Notes: generated from the sequence alone by a model not told the origin. Positions 13,937-23,888 are shown, numbered from the stretch's first letter. The stretch is DNA of 64,000 bases from Erysipelotrichaceae bacterium (GCA_015058945.1 SVBF01000012.1:1763-65762), one strand, 5' to 3'. Numbers and translations: made by a program.

Positions 13937-14731
13937 ATGACCATCAAAGAATTCGTGGCCGCGAGCAAGGCGGCCCTCGCGGAAGAGATTTCCGCACTAG
14001 AAAGAAAACCGCACCTCGTCATCATCCAAGCCAACGACTCCCCGGCCTCCGACGCCTACGTGCGCGGGAAAATCAAGGATTGTGGCGAAGTCGGAGCCAG
14101 GGCTACGTTATGCCTTTTGCCTCCTACCGTCTCCGAGGAAGAACTCCTCGCCAAAGTGGACGAATATAACCGCGACGAAGACGTCGACGGGCTCATCGTC
14201 CAATTACCCTTGCCCAAACACATTTCCGAAGCGAAGGTGAAACTCGCCGTCACGCCGGAAAAAGACGTCGACGGATTCCATCCTTTGACCACCTTCATTC
14301 CCTGTACGCCCCGCGGCATCATCGATTACCTCACCGAGGAAGGGTTTCCCTTCGTCGGCAAAAACGCGGTCGTGTTGGGCCGCAGCGAGATCGTCGGCAA
14401 ACCGATGGCAAAGTTACTTTTGTCCAAGCACTGCAACGTGACCGTCTTGCATTCGCGCACCAGCGAAGAAGACAAAGCCTTTTATATCGCGCACGCGGAC
14501 TTGATTGTCGTCGCGATCGGCAAACTTGGCTTCCTCGACAACCGTTTCCAATATAAGAAAGACGCGGTCATCGTCGACGTCGGCATCAACCGCAACGAAG
14601 AAGGGAAGCTGCGCGGTGACGCGATTCCAGATCTCCCTGTTGCGCTACAAACCCCAGTTCCCGGTGGGGTAGGGCTATTAACCAGGCTAGCCTTGGTAAA
14701 GAACCTCGTAATCGCCGCGAAGAATCGATAA
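13937..14731 (+). CDS. folD: Methylenetetrahydrofolate dehydrogenase/cyclohydrolase
   Basis: YVRGK, VQLPLP, KDVDGFHP, PCTP, GRSEIVGKP, DVGIN, TPVPGGVG. Confidence 0.95.
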   Translation: MTIKEFVAASKAALAEEISALERKPHLVIIQANDSPASDAYVRGKIKDCGEVGARATLCLLPPTVSEEELLAKVDEYNRDEDVDGLIVQLPLPKHISEAKVKLAVTPEKDVDGFHPLTTFIPCTPRGIIDYLTEEGFPFVGKNAVVLGRSEIVGKPMAKLLLSKHCNVTVLHSRTSEEDKAFYIAHADLIVVAIGKLGFLDNRFQYKKDAVIVDVGINRNEEGKLRGDAIPDLPVALQTPVPGGVGLLTRLALVKNLVIAAKNR

Positions 14732-14733
14732 TA

Positions 14734-14765
14734 AAAACCTGCGAGTTATGTGGCTCGCAGGTTTT
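14734..14765. terminator. Bidirectional intrinsic terminator
   Basis: AAAACCTGCGAG-N8-CTCGCAGGTTTT between convergent genes. Confidence 0.75.
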
Positions 14766-14775
14766 CGTTAACGGG

Positions 14776-15531
14776 TTATTCCGCTTTGGGTTCCTCGGGT
14801 TTTTCTTCGGAGGGCTCTTCAGGCTTTTCTTCTTCGGCCATGGGCTCTTCGGGTTCTTCCGCCTTCGGTTCTTCTTCCTCGGGCTTAACCTCGACGGATT
14901 CGGGCTTATCGCCTTTCTCAACCTTGCTGGCACGTCTAGCGGCAACCGCGAACGCGATGGCGAGGATGAGCACGCCGATACCGGAGAGGATGAAGCCGAT
15001 GCCGAACAGCACGAAGATGAACTGAAGCATACCTTCGTTGGTGGCGTAGACCAAGATGAGCACACCGCCGGTGACGACGAGGGCGCCGAAGATAAGACTG
15101 AAGATGTTGCGGGCGAGAGATCCAACCTTCTTCACTAAGAAGACGATGCTGTAGATGATGTCGACGCCGCCAAGGGTGATGAGCAGGATCGACACGAAGA
15201 GGATCAAATACTGCAACACGACGATCATGTCGGTCGAATTCTGGGAAACCATGATCAGCAGGATGCCGACGGCGAGTTCGCTCGCGCCGGTCACGGCAGA
15301 AGCGAGGTCGGTACGGACCATCACGCCGTGCTGGAAGCGGACGACTTGGATAACCTGAGTGAGAATGCGTAAACCGGCGTCAACGATGACAAAGATACCG
15401 GCGATCATGATCATGACGTTGCGGAAATCTTGATTGCCGTTGTTGACACAGGTGGCAATGCCTAACGCGATGAGGCCCGCGGCGACGATCAGGTTCCAAA
15501 TCGTCATCACGATGCTACCTCTTTTGAACAT
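14776..15531 (-). CDS. Multi-pass membrane protein (DUF308/HdeD-like) with an E/P/K-rich tail
   Basis: About 6 hydrophobic segments; AAGGAGG RBS; paralog of 16481-17281. Confidence 0.75.
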   Translation of the reverse strand: MFKRGSIVMTIWNLIVAAGLIALGIATCVNNGNQDFRNVMIMIAGIFVIVDAGLRILTQVIQVVRFQHGVMVRTDLASAVTGASELAVGILLIMVSQNSTDMIVVLQYLILFVSILLITLGGVDIIYSIVFLVKKVGSLARNIFSLIFGALVVTGGVLILVYATNEGMLQFIFVLFGIGFILSGIGVLILAIAFAVAARRASKVEKGDKPESVEVKPEEEEPKAEEPEEPMAEEEKPEEPSEEKPEEPKAE

Positions 15532-15665
15532 ATATGTTCCTCCTTTGATGCGAGTTAATTATGTTGTTTGAAATTACAATTTCAACATCACGCTGTGTTT
15601 TTCGGGAAAAAGCACCTTGGTATCTATTCAATTTTTCGAATTTAATCTACCATTAAATATCAAAT

Positions 15666-16457
15666 ATGGCTTCGAACGCTTCCAACTACAGACTCTTTGG
15701 CATTGATTTCAGCCAAAACCCCGAACAGCGCGAACTCATCCGACTCATCAACGACGACCCCGAACGAACCCCGGTCGTCTTTTGTCGTGGTTCCGCCGGT
15801 ACCGGAAAAACCTTCGCGACCCTCGCGGCTTGCTTAAACCTGGTTAGGGGAAAAGGCGCGAAGAAACGTTACAAAAACATCTTTTATGTGCGTGAACCCG
15901 TCGAGATCGGGCACCGCCTCGGTTATCTAAAGGGAACCGCGACGGATAAATACTGCCCTTATCTCGGCCCCTTGATGGATAACTACGACCATCTTATGGA
16001 ACATGCGGGTCCGGAAGAACAATCCGCCTCCTTCAAGTTGATGAAGAAGAAGCTGAAGAAGGAAAAGGACGTTGACGACGAAATCTTTGAGTCGGCCTAT
16101 TACGAGAAGCTGCCGAGCGACATCATCCCCCTCGCTCCGGAATTCATGCGCGGTCGCTCCTTCGATAACTGCCTAATCATCCTTGATGAGGCCCAGAACA
16201 TGGACCTCGACGAATTGCAGACGATGGTCACCCGTATTGGCAACATGTGCAAGATGATCATCATCGGCTCGCCGAACCAGATCGACGTCCAGGGGCAGAC
16301 GCCGGAAAAGAACGCCTTCGACATCTCTTATGAAATCCTTAAGCCAACCGGACTGGTCGGATTCGTCGAATTGGCCCGTCCGATGAGAACCTCGTTCGTC
16401 GTGGACTTCGACTTAAGGTTCCTCGAATACAAGCTCAAACACCAAATCAAAAAGTAA
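15666..16457 (+). CDS. PhoH family ATPase
   Basis: GSAGTGKT, LGYLKG, FMRGRSF, DEAQN, TRIG. Confidence 0.9.
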   Translation: MASNASNYRLFGIDFSQNPEQRELIRLINDDPERTPVVFCRGSAGTGKTFATLAACLNLVRGKGAKKRYKNIFYVREPVEIGHRLGYLKGTATDKYCPYLGPLMDNYDHLMEHAGPEEQSASFKLMKKKLKKEKDVDDEIFESAYYEKLPSDIIPLAPEFMRGRSFDNCLIILDEAQNMDLDELQTMVTRIGNMCKMIIIGSPNQIDVQGQTPEKNAFDISYEILKPTGLVGFVELARPMRTSFVVDFDLRFLEYKLKHQIKK

Positions 16458-16492
16458 GAAAAAGGAAGGCAGCCGCCTTCCTATTCTTTTTT
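16458..16492. terminator. Bidirectional intrinsic terminator
   Basis: AGGAAGGC-AGCC-GCCTTCCT flanked by A and T tracts. Confidence 0.7.
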
Positions 16493-17281
16493 GCTTTCGA
16501 TGGCTCGTGGACCGGATAGTTCACCTTGTTTTTCGTGCAAAACCTCATCAACTTCCACGATATCGGCAGGTTTTGGCTGAACTTCCGCTTGGCTTCTGAT
16601 CGGGTCTTTCGCGACTTCGTAATCGCCTTTTTCCGCATTTTCTGCCTCATCGAGTTCCTTCTTGGCTTTGCTGCGGGTCACCAAGGCGACGATGAACATG
16701 CCGACGGCGACGACGCATAAGATCGAACCGGTGAGGATGAGGACGAGCTGGTCGCGGGTGTCCTGAGAGTTATAGAGGACTTCGATGACGATGCCGACGC
16801 CGATAAGGATGGCGGCGAAGAGCATTTCCACGATGGGCATGAAGAGCTTGGCGAATTTACGGGCTATGAGGAAGATCGCGTAAACCATGAGGAGGAAGCC
16901 CATGACCATGAGGATGATGGCGATGAGGTTCACGACCGTGTAGGTGAAGATATGGACCTGGGTGAACTTGGTTTGCATCAGGACGAGCAATATGCCGAGG
17001 GCGATCTCAAACCCAGCCACGACGAGCGGCGTTTGTTCCTCTCCTTGCTGAAAGCGGGCCAGATAAAGCACCACGCGGAGGATACCATCGAGGATGATGA
17101 ACGACGCGACGACGTAAGCGACGACGTTTTCGATCGTGGCGCTGGTGTTGTTGCTTTGGTTATATAGCGCACCGGCGACGATGGCTAAGATGCCACCGGC
17201 GAGCAGGACGAAGGATTCAATCAAATTCCATACGAACCAAAAGCGATTAATGTTTCTTTGTTTTTTGATCACTTCAGACAT
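16481..17281 (-). CDS. Multi-pass membrane protein (DUF308/HdeD-like)
   Basis: About 6 TM segments and a charged C-terminal tail; paralog of 14776-15531. Confidence 0.75.
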   Translation of the reverse strand: MSEVIKKQRNINRFWFVWNLIESFVLLAGGILAIVAGALYNQSNNTSATIENVVAYVVASFIILDGILRVVLYLARFQQGEEQTPLVVAGFEIALGILLVLMQTKFTQVHIFTYTVVNLIAIILMVMGFLLMVYAIFLIARKFAKLFMPIVEMLFAAILIGVGIVIEVLYNSQDTRDQLVLILTGSILCVVAVGMFIVALVTRSKAKKELDEAENAEKGDYEVAKDPIRSQAEVQPKPADIVEVDEVLHEKQGELSGPRAIESKKE

Positions 17282-17342
17282 TTCGGTACCCCTATTTCAA
17301 TCTTGGAATATAGTATAAGGGCTTTTAAGGGAGACCGTTTCC

Positions 17343-18569
17343 ATGAAACGTACATTATTGAAGAAATACGCCGAGCTTATCGTCATATCCGGTATTGCTT
17401 TGCAAAAAGGGCAGACCGTCGTCATCCGCGCTAACGTCGGGATTGAGGATTTCACCGCCCTGGTGGTGGAGGAATGCTATCGGCAAGGCGCGAAGAAAGT
17501 CATCGTCGAGTGGGGAAGCGAAGCCTGCGCCAGGGCCGCATATAAAAAAGGAAAGAAAGAGAACCTCGCCGAGGTCTATTCCTATGAGCTTGAAAAGGAG
17601 AAGTGGACCAACGAGGTCTTGCCTTGCTTCCTCTGGCTCGATTCAGACGATCCGGACGCGATGAAAGGCATCAATCAGGCAAAGATGAATTTCATCATGC
17701 GTAAGCGCATGGGTGTCCTATATCCGTTCCGCGAGCAGCGCGAAAACCATTATCAGTGGTGCATCGTCGGCGTCCCTAGCCCCAAATGGGCGAAGAAAGT
17801 CTTCCCCGACCTTCCCAAAGGGAAAGCGGTCGAAAAGCTTTGGGAGGCCATTTTGAAAACCTCTCGCGCGGAAGACGGTAACGGCATCGAGAATTGGAAA
17901 AAGCACGACGAGGATTTGAAACATCGCTGCGATTTCCTTAATTCGTTACGCCTCAAAGAGCTTCGTTATTCTTCCACTAACGGGACGAACCTCACCGTCG
18001 GCCTCATTCCCGGCGTTAAGTTCCTCGGCGGTGGCGAAGAGACGCTCGAGGGCATCTTCTATCAGCCGAACATCCCATCAGAGGAATGCTTCACTTCACC
18101 GATGAAGGGCAAAGCGGAAGGAATCGTCTATTCCACCAAGCCGCTCTCCTACGCCGGCACGCTGATCAAAAACTTCTCCGTGCGCTTCCACGAAGGGAAA
18201 GCGGTAGAGGTTCACGCCGAAGAAGGGCAAGAGGCCTTGGAATCGATTTTGAAGATGGACGAAGGATCCGCCTATCTAGGCGAATGCGCCCTCGTGCCGT
18301 TTGATTCCCCCATCAACAACACGGGCTTGCTCTTCTATAACACGTTGTTTGACGAAAACGCCGCCTGCCACCTCGCCTTAGGCAGAGGCTTCACGAACCT
18401 TTATCCCGACTTTGAGAAATACTCGGAAGAAGAGATCTATGGCTTTGGCATTAACAAGTCGATGAGCCACGTCGATTTTATGATCGGATCCCACGATTTG
18501 AACATCGTCGGTGTCAAAGAGGATGGCAAAGAAATCCAAATCTTCCGCGACGGAAACTGGGCGTTCTAG
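17343..18569 (+). CDS. Aminopeptidase, M29 family (AmpS/PepS-like)
   Basis: PNIPSEECFTSP, LGECALV, NTLFDENAACHLALG, SHVDFMIG. Confidence 0.93.
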   Translation: MKRTLLKKYAELIVISGIALQKGQTVVIRANVGIEDFTALVVEECYRQGAKKVIVEWGSEACARAAYKKGKKENLAEVYSYELEKEKWTNEVLPCFLWLDSDDPDAMKGINQAKMNFIMRKRMGVLYPFREQRENHYQWCIVGVPSPKWAKKVFPDLPKGKAVEKLWEAILKTSRAEDGNGIENWKKHDEDLKHRCDFLNSLRLKELRYSSTNGTNLTVGLIPGVKFLGGGEETLEGIFYQPNIPSEECFTSPMKGKAEGIVYSTKPLSYAGTLIKNFSVRFHEGKAVEVHAEEGQEALESILKMDEGSAYLGECALVPFDSPINNTGLLFYNTLFDENAACHLALGRGFTNLYPDFEKYSEEEIYGFGINKSMSHVDFMIGSHDLNIVGVKEDGKEIQIFRDGNWAF

Positions 18570-18668
18570 TCTGAAAATATTTTCATAACGCGTCAAAGTT
18601 TTTCATGAATACGCTTTCAGAAAAGCGAAAAACATTCGATAAAACCTGCATTTTTATGTTTTGAAAAA

Positions 18669-18695
18669 TGTAAGCGATTACTGAAAACGCTTACA
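18669..18695. promoter_or_regulatory. Tandem LacI/CcpA-type (cre-like) operators
   Basis: TGTAAGCGATTACT and TGAAAACGCTTACA; the second matches the cre consensus TGWAANCGNTNWCA. Confidence 0.55.
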
Positions 18696-18698
18696 AAG

Positions 18699-18726
18699 TT
18701 GCTCTATTTTTTCATCCTCCTATAGT
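18699..18726 (+). promoter_or_regulatory. Sigma-A-type promoter
   Basis: TTGCTC-N16-TATAGT with an AT-rich upstream region. Confidence 0.6.
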
Positions 18727-18771
18727 GAAGGTGCCTCAAAAGTGAGGCGTTACGAAAGGAGGTTGGCACAT

Positions 18772-18933
18772 ATGTTCAATTCTCAAAATTACGAAGAGAA
18801 CTATATCGAGCGTGAGAATGATTTCGACAACACCGAAAGCAATTCCTACATCGCCTCCGTCTATGCTCAACTTTCTCTGAGCTATGGCGCGAGCGATCGT
18901 GCGATTGCCCCGGTTGCAGAAGCCCAATTCTAA
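18772..18933 (+). CDS. Small acidic hypothetical protein (53 aa)
   Basis: GAAAGGAGG RBS, its own promoter and a downstream terminator. Confidence 0.7.
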   Translation: MFNSQNYEENYIERENDFDNTESNSYIASVYAQLSLSYGASDRAIAPVAEAQF

Positions 18934-18951
18934 TTCGATAATTCTCGGAAG

Positions 18952-18981
18952 TGGCCCCGTTATGGCGGGGTCATTTTCTTT
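18952..18981 (+). terminator. Intrinsic terminator
   Basis: TGGCCCCG-N6-CGGGGTCA followed by TTTTCTTT. Confidence 0.65.
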
Positions 18982-19285
18982 CGATTCCCTGTAAATCGTC
19001 TAAGGGGATTACTGTCTCATTAATAGAAATGACGCGCGCGTAAGGATCGATTTTGGAGATCAACCCCTCTTCCTTATGAATGAAACCGTTCTTCCAATAG
19101 AAGACGATCAAGGGCTGGTCGTCGCAGTGGGTGAGGATTTCGTCGATGCGTTCCACTTCGTCGTCAAGGAAAACCCGCTTTTCGACCTGTGCCCGGCGCG
19201 CCCTCATCGTGGCGAGATAGGATGATTGTTCCACCAAAGATTTATATGGCGCGTATTTCACCATGCCACGCTCTGCGTTTTTCAT
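18971..19285 (-). CDS. YolD-like protein
   Basis: RGMVKYAPY..L motif; overlaps the end of the Y-family polymerase gene. Confidence 0.8.
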   Translation of the reverse strand: MKNAERGMVKYAPYKSLVEQSSYLATMRARRAQVEKRVFLDDEVERIDEILTHCDDQPLIVFYWKNGFIHKEEGLISKIDPYARVISINETVIPLDDLQGIERK

Positions 19286-20538
19286 GCCCGATGCCCTCCG
19301 ATTAAGCCATGGCGGTCGATGACCGTCGAATGATCCAACAAAGCGGAGGCGCGCAATACCGCGTTCCTCCCATAAAGCGTGGAAATCCGGTCGATGGCTA
19401 AGCGCAGGTTGCGCCTTTCGCTTAATAGACCCTCATCTTCGAGGAGCGATTGTTGGCGGGGGCGTTCATAACTACGGAGCTTGCCAAAGCTCACGACGAC
19501 GTTACGGACGTATTTTGGCTCGACATAACGATCGAAGATGTCTTTCACCGCGGCAAAGAGAAGGTCGTTATCGTCGGTTGGTATATCCAAGGAGCATTGG
19601 TGGTGGAGGCCTCCGCCGCCGGAAACGCTGGAATAACCGAGGAAGAGACTCACGAGCCCGGTCTGTTGATCTGCGTCGCGGAGGCGGATGCATAATTCGT
19701 CCACGACCTCTTTGATGACAAGCAATGCGTCCGCGGGCAAATAATCCTTCATCAGGACCTGTCCTTGGCTAAGACTCGTTTCTTTGGGCACATACTTTTC
19801 CGTGATGTCCGTTTCGTCGATCCCATTCGCCAGATGATGTAATTGAAGCCCCATGACGCCGAATTCTTTTTCTAGGCGTTCGGGGTTCGATTTTGCCAAG
19901 GCTTCCATCGAGCGGACGCCAAGGCGGTGAAGCCTTTTCCCTATCCCGCCGGCGATGCCCCAAACCTTGGTGAGCGGACTGATCTTCCATAGCTTCGTCC
20001 TGACGTCTTCCTCGCCCCAATAGGCGCGGTAAGGCGGACGCTTTTTCCCCTCGTTATCCAAGCAGGTTTTCGCGAGGAACATGTTCGGCCCGCTGCCGGC
20101 GGTGGCGGTCAAACCATACTTGTCCTTAATATCTTTTTGAATGCGTGAAATCAAGGTATCGGCATCACATCCGTATAGCTTTAGGTATGGCGTTAGTCGC
20201 AAAAAGCTCTCATCGATGGAATAGACATGCAAATCCTCTTCCGCGACATAATCCAAGAACAACGAGACGATTTTTGCGGACATTTCCACGTAATAAGACA
20301 TGCGTGGCGTCGCAAAAATCATGTTTTTCACCTGGGGAAGATCGCCGATGCGACAGACATTTGGGATACCATAACGTTCTTTGAGGTAAGGCGTGGCGGA
20401 CATGACGATGCTGTTCTTGCTGCGGCTTTTGTCCGCGACCACAAGCGGGGTCGAAAAGATGTCTAAACCCCGCGCCGCGCATTCGCAGGAGGCATAGAAA
20501 CTCTTCAGGTCGATAACGGCGTAAACTTCCCTTCCCAT
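19282..20538 (-). CDS. Y-family DNA polymerase (UmuC/UvrX/ImpB-like)
   Basis: IDLKSFYASCE, YSIDESF, GPNMFLAK, C-terminal IGGH. Confidence 0.93.
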   Translation of the reverse strand: MGREVYAVIDLKSFYASCECAARGLDIFSTPLVVADKSRSKNSIVMSATPYLKERYGIPNVCRIGDLPQVKNMIFATPRMSYYVEMSAKIVSLFLDYVAEEDLHVYSIDESFLRLTPYLKLYGCDADTLISRIQKDIKDKYGLTATAGSGPNMFLAKTCLDNEGKKRPPYRAYWGEEDVRTKLWKISPLTKVWGIAGGIGKRLHRLGVRSMEALAKSNPERLEKEFGVMGLQLHHLANGIDETDITEKYVPKETSLSQGQVLMKDYLPADALLVIKEVVDELCIRLRDADQQTGLVSLFLGYSSVSGGGGLHHQCSLDIPTDDNDLLFAAVKDIFDRYVEPKYVRNVVVSFGKLRSYERPRQQSLLEDEGLLSERRNLRLAIDRISTLYGRNAVLRASALLDHSTVIDRHGLIGGHRA

Positions 20539-20694
20539 ACTTTCATCGTAGGAGAAAACTCATTCAAAAAAAGTCTTGCCAAAACAACCTCTCAAAGCAT
20601 GGTCGGGAGGCAAAAAGCTTTTTCTTTCGATGGCCAAAAAAGAACCTCGATTTTCTTATACGCTATCCAAAGGGAACCCCTTGATTTTCTATGG

Positions 20695-20722
20695 TTGACT
20701 TTGCCGTGTGGCTCATTATGAT
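20695..20722 (+). promoter_or_regulatory. Sigma-A promoter of the T-box/metNIQ transcript
   Basis: TTGACT-N16-TATGAT. Confidence 0.7.
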
Positions 20723-20729
20723 TTTGCCA

Positions 20730-20999
20730 TCGGCAACGAAAGGGAAGAGTAAGTTTGACCCTGGCCTAAGAGAGAGTCCCCCATCGGCTGGAAGGGGATA
20801 GGCAAAGACAGACAGAACATGGCCCTGGAGCCGTCTAGGCGATAGGTAGTCTAGGCCGGGAGCGCCCGTCAAAGCGCGAGGGTATATCCATCATTGGCGT
20901 ACTCAGTAAGGTCTATCGCGGTGACGCGTGGATGAATCAAGGTGGTAACACGGGCTATTGCGTCTCGTCCTTGAATGAACAGGATGGGACGTTTTATTT
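20730..20999 (+). promoter_or_regulatory. T-box riboswitch with a Met (AUG) specifier
   Basis: Stem I AGAGA and GCTG motifs, specifier ATG at 20819-20821, T-box AAGGTGGTAACACG at 20939-20952, terminator at 20961-20999; upstream of a Met ABC transporter. Confidence 0.93.
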
Positions 21000-21022
21000 A
21001 CCCTCCTGTTGAAAGGAGGGTT

Positions 21023-22018
21023 ATGCCCGAAATCGAAATTCGGAACTTATGTAAGTCCTTTGGCGACAAAACCATTTTGGACCACGTTTCGCTCGAAATC
21101 GAAAAAGGGGACGTCTATGGCGTCCTCGGTCTTTCCGGCGCGGGCAAATCCACGTTGGTGCGTTGCATCAACGGCTTGGAGATTCCCGATGGCGGGGAGA
21201 TTTATTATCGCGGCGAATTGCTTTGCTCGTCCTCAAAACGGATCGAGAAGCAGAAGCGATCCAAGATCGCGATGATCTTCCAGCAGTTCAACTTGTTAGA
21301 GCAACGTAACGTTCTCGGTAACGTCTTGCTCGGCCTAGAAATCACGAAATACGGTGATCGAATGCGCCGCAGGGAAAAGGCGATGGAATGCCTTAGGCGC
21401 GTGGGACTAGAAGATAAGGCCGACGCGTATCCGGCGAACCTCTCCGGCGGTCAAAAGCAACGCGTCGCCATCGCTAGGGCCCTCGCCCTCGATCCGGAAG
21501 TGATCCTCAGCGATGAAGCCACCAGTGCGCTCGACCCCGAAACGACCCAGTCCATCCTCTCCTTGCTTAAGGAGCTAAACAAGGAACTCGGCATCACCAT
21601 CGTCATGATCTCGCATCAGCTCGGCGTCATCGAATCCATCTGCAATAAGGTCGCGATCCTCGATAACGCTAAGCTAGTCGAGCAAGGCGAACTCTCCGAC
21701 GTATTCCTCAACCCGAAGACGGAAATCGCCCGTTCGCTCATCTATGCCGACCATGTCCATACGGCATTAAACGAGCATCACTTCATCCGTTTGCTCTTCG
21801 ATGGGAACTCCGATGAGCCGATCATCGCCAACATCGTGCAGCAATGCTCGTTGCTCGTCTCGATCGTCTACGCGTCGACGAAGGTCATCGACGGCAAAGT
21901 CTATGGCCAAACCGTCATCAAGCGTCCAAAGGAAGAGGCGGACCGCGAGAAACTCAAAAAATATTTGCAGCTTCGTCACGTGAAGTTCGAGGAGGTGAAG
22001 TCCCTTGGAATGGAATGA
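21023..22018 (+). CDS. metN: Methionine ABC transporter ATP-binding protein
   Basis: GLSGAGKS, LSGGQKQRV, DEATSALDP, C-terminal NIL-like domain; GAAAGGAGG RBS. Confidence 0.92.
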   Translation: MPEIEIRNLCKSFGDKTILDHVSLEIEKGDVYGVLGLSGAGKSTLVRCINGLEIPDGGEIYYRGELLCSSSKRIEKQKRSKIAMIFQQFNLLEQRNVLGNVLLGLEITKYGDRMRRREKAMECLRRVGLEDKADAYPANLSGGQKQRVAIARALALDPEVILSDEATSALDPETTQSILSLLKELNKELGITIVMISHQLGVIESICNKVAILDNAKLVEQGELSDVFLNPKTEIARSLIYADHVHTALNEHHFIRLLFDGNSDEPIIANIVQQCSLLVSIVYASTKVIDGKVYGQTVIKRPKEEADREKLKKYLQLRHVKFEEVKSLGME

Positions 22019-22676
22019 ATTCTTCTTGGCTCTAGGCGAGACCGTCGGTATGACGGTGATCGCCACGATCCTCGCCTACCTGGTAGGCATGCCACTAGGC
22101 ATATTGCTCTATATGACGGGCAAGAAGGGGCTAAAGCCCAACCGCGCGCTCAATTTCGTGATCGGCATCCTCGTCAACACGCTGCGCTCGGTGCCTTGTC
22201 TCATTCTCATCATCATCCTCATCCCGCTCACCCGTAGCGTATTCGGTAGGGCGACGGGGGCGTGGTACACGATGATCATCCCCTTGTTCTTCGCCTCGTT
22301 CGCCTATGTCGCCCGCGTCATTGAGACCTCGCTTAACGAGGTGGACCAGGGCGTCGTGGAAACCGCGCGAAGCATGGGCGCCTCCACGTTCCAAATCGTG
22401 TGGAAGGTGCTTCTAAGGGAAGCGCGCCCCTCCCTGGTCCTAGGCCTATCCCTCTCCACCATCTCCATCCTTGGCTATACCGCCTTCGCCTTCGACTTCG
22501 GCGCGGGCGGATTGATCGCCAGGGCCTATAGCATCTACAACAACCATCCGATGAATTACCTAAGCCGACCGGACATCTGGGTGATCCTCATCCTCATCGT
22601 CATCGTCGTGCAGGTCATTCAGGAACTCGGACTCTACCGGTCCAAACAAATCGACAAAAGGAGAATCGCAAAATGA
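22005..22676 (+). CDS. metI: Methionine ABC transporter permease
   Basis: N-LRSVP, ETARSMGA (EAA loop), GAGGL. Confidence 0.9.
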   Translation: MEWNEFFLALGETVGMTVIATILAYLVGMPLGILLYMTGKKGLKPNRALNFVIGILVNTLRSVPCLILIIILIPLTRSVFGRATGAWYTMIIPLFFASFAYVARVIETSLNEVDQGVVETARSMGASTFQIVWKVLLREARPSLVLGLSLSTISILGYTAFAFDFGAGGLIARAYSIYNNHPMNYLSRPDIWVILILIVIVVQVIQELGLYRSKQIDKRRIAK

Positions 22677-23533
22677 AAAAACATACCTTATTCCTCTTCG
22701 CCGCCTTAGCCCCTCTGACTCTGGTCTCCTGCGGCGAAAACGGCAACACCATCACCTTCGCCGCGAGCGAATTGCCCCACGCGAAGATCTTAAACGAGGC
22801 CCTCGCCCCGGTGCTCAAAGAGAAAGGCTTCGACATCAAAGTCACGGTCTTGGATTGGACGCAGCAAAACGCCGCCGTGGCGCGCGGCGAATACGACGCG
22901 AACTATTTCCAGCACGAACCTTACCTCAATTCCTATAACGCGGATGCGGGGGAAGGCGGCGCTTTGAAAATGGTCGTGAAAGCCCATTTCGAAAAGCTTT
23001 GTCTCTACGCTTCCAACCCTCAGGACAAAACGTTGGACAATGGGGATTCCATCGAAATCGTGAACGATATTTCGAACATCGAACGCGCTTTGCTTTTGTT
23101 GAAAGATAATGGGGTTTTGTCGGACATTTCGAAGAATTGCTATGATAAAGATGGCAATTTTGCGGAGTTTGACGTCAACCGTCCCAACGATTTCGTCACC
23201 TTCGCGGACGACTATTCCCGATGCACGATCACCTGTATTAAGGAGAGCGCACTAGCCGCGTCTTTAGGCGATTACGATTTTGGCGTCTTGCCCGGCAACA
23301 CGGCACTAAAAGGCCTAGGGGATGACTATGCCTCCCGTATCGTCTTCGGCGAAAATGTGACCGAGGAAGTCTTGTCGTTAAGGGCCAACGGCGTGGCTGT
23401 AAGACCTGCGGATGCGACAAATGAGAAGACGAAAGCCATCGTCGAGGCCTTCGCTGATCAACGCGTCTCTTCCTACATCCAAAAGACCTTTGGCGAGTCT
23501 GTCGTTTACCATTACGAAAACCTATTGAAGTAA
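22673..23533 (+). CDS. metQ: MetQ/NlpA lipoprotein
   Basis: Lipobox LVSC, PHAKIL, DANYFQHEPYL. Confidence 0.9.
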   Translation: MKKHTLFLFAALAPLTLVSCGENGNTITFAASELPHAKILNEALAPVLKEKGFDIKVTVLDWTQQNAAVARGEYDANYFQHEPYLNSYNADAGEGGALKMVVKAHFEKLCLYASNPQDKTLDNGDSIEIVNDISNIERALLLLKDNGVLSDISKNCYDKDGNFAEFDVNRPNDFVTFADDYSRCTITCIKESALAASLGDYDFGVLPGNTALKGLGDDYASRIVFGENVTEEVLSLRANGVAVRPADATNEKTKAIVEAFADQRVSSYIQKTFGESVVYHYENLLK

Positions 23534-23583
23534 ACCCACCCAATATACTTGTCGCGCGTTTCCCCATTTTGCCTTTTCAAAGG

Positions 23584-23611
23584 TTGAACGGGGGCGCGCG
23601 TTGAGTATAAT
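23584..23611 (+). promoter_or_regulatory. Sigma-A promoter of tRNA-Ala
   Basis: TTGAAC-N16-TATAAT. Confidence 0.75.
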
Positions 23612-23622
23612 TATCGAGCCGT

Positions 23623-23698
23623 GGGGCATTAGCTCAGCTGGGAGAGCGCCTCGTTCGCAACGAGGAGGTCGGCGGTTCGATCCCGCTATGCTCCACCA
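23623..23698 (+). tRNA. tRNA-Ala(CGC)
   Basis: GGGGCAT acceptor stem with G3:U70, anticodon arm CCTCG-TTCGCAA-CGAGG, GGTTCGATCCC T-arm, encoded CCA. Confidence 0.97.
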
Positions 23699-23768
23699 TT
23701 TTTATTTTCTCTTGTCGTCGTCCAAAGTCACTTATCCGAAGTTGGACAAAACGACGTATCCATAGACA

Positions 23769-23792
23769 GCCGTCCGAAAGGGCGGTTTTCTT
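23769..23792 (+). terminator. Intrinsic terminator after the tRNA
   Basis: GCCGTCC-GAAA-GGGCGGT followed by TTTCTT. Confidence 0.75.
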
Positions 23793-23888
23793 GTGTCTCG
23801 AACTCGCCGACCTCCTCGGTGCGAACAAGGTTAAAAATCCCCGTTTAGTCACAACGGGGATGATTGTTCTTGCCCACGAGAACAGAAA

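Noticed and set aside
20539-20694. LexA (GAAC-N4-GTTC) box upstream of the Y-family polymerase
   Set aside because: Only a half-site (GAAC at ~20642) with no matching GTTC.
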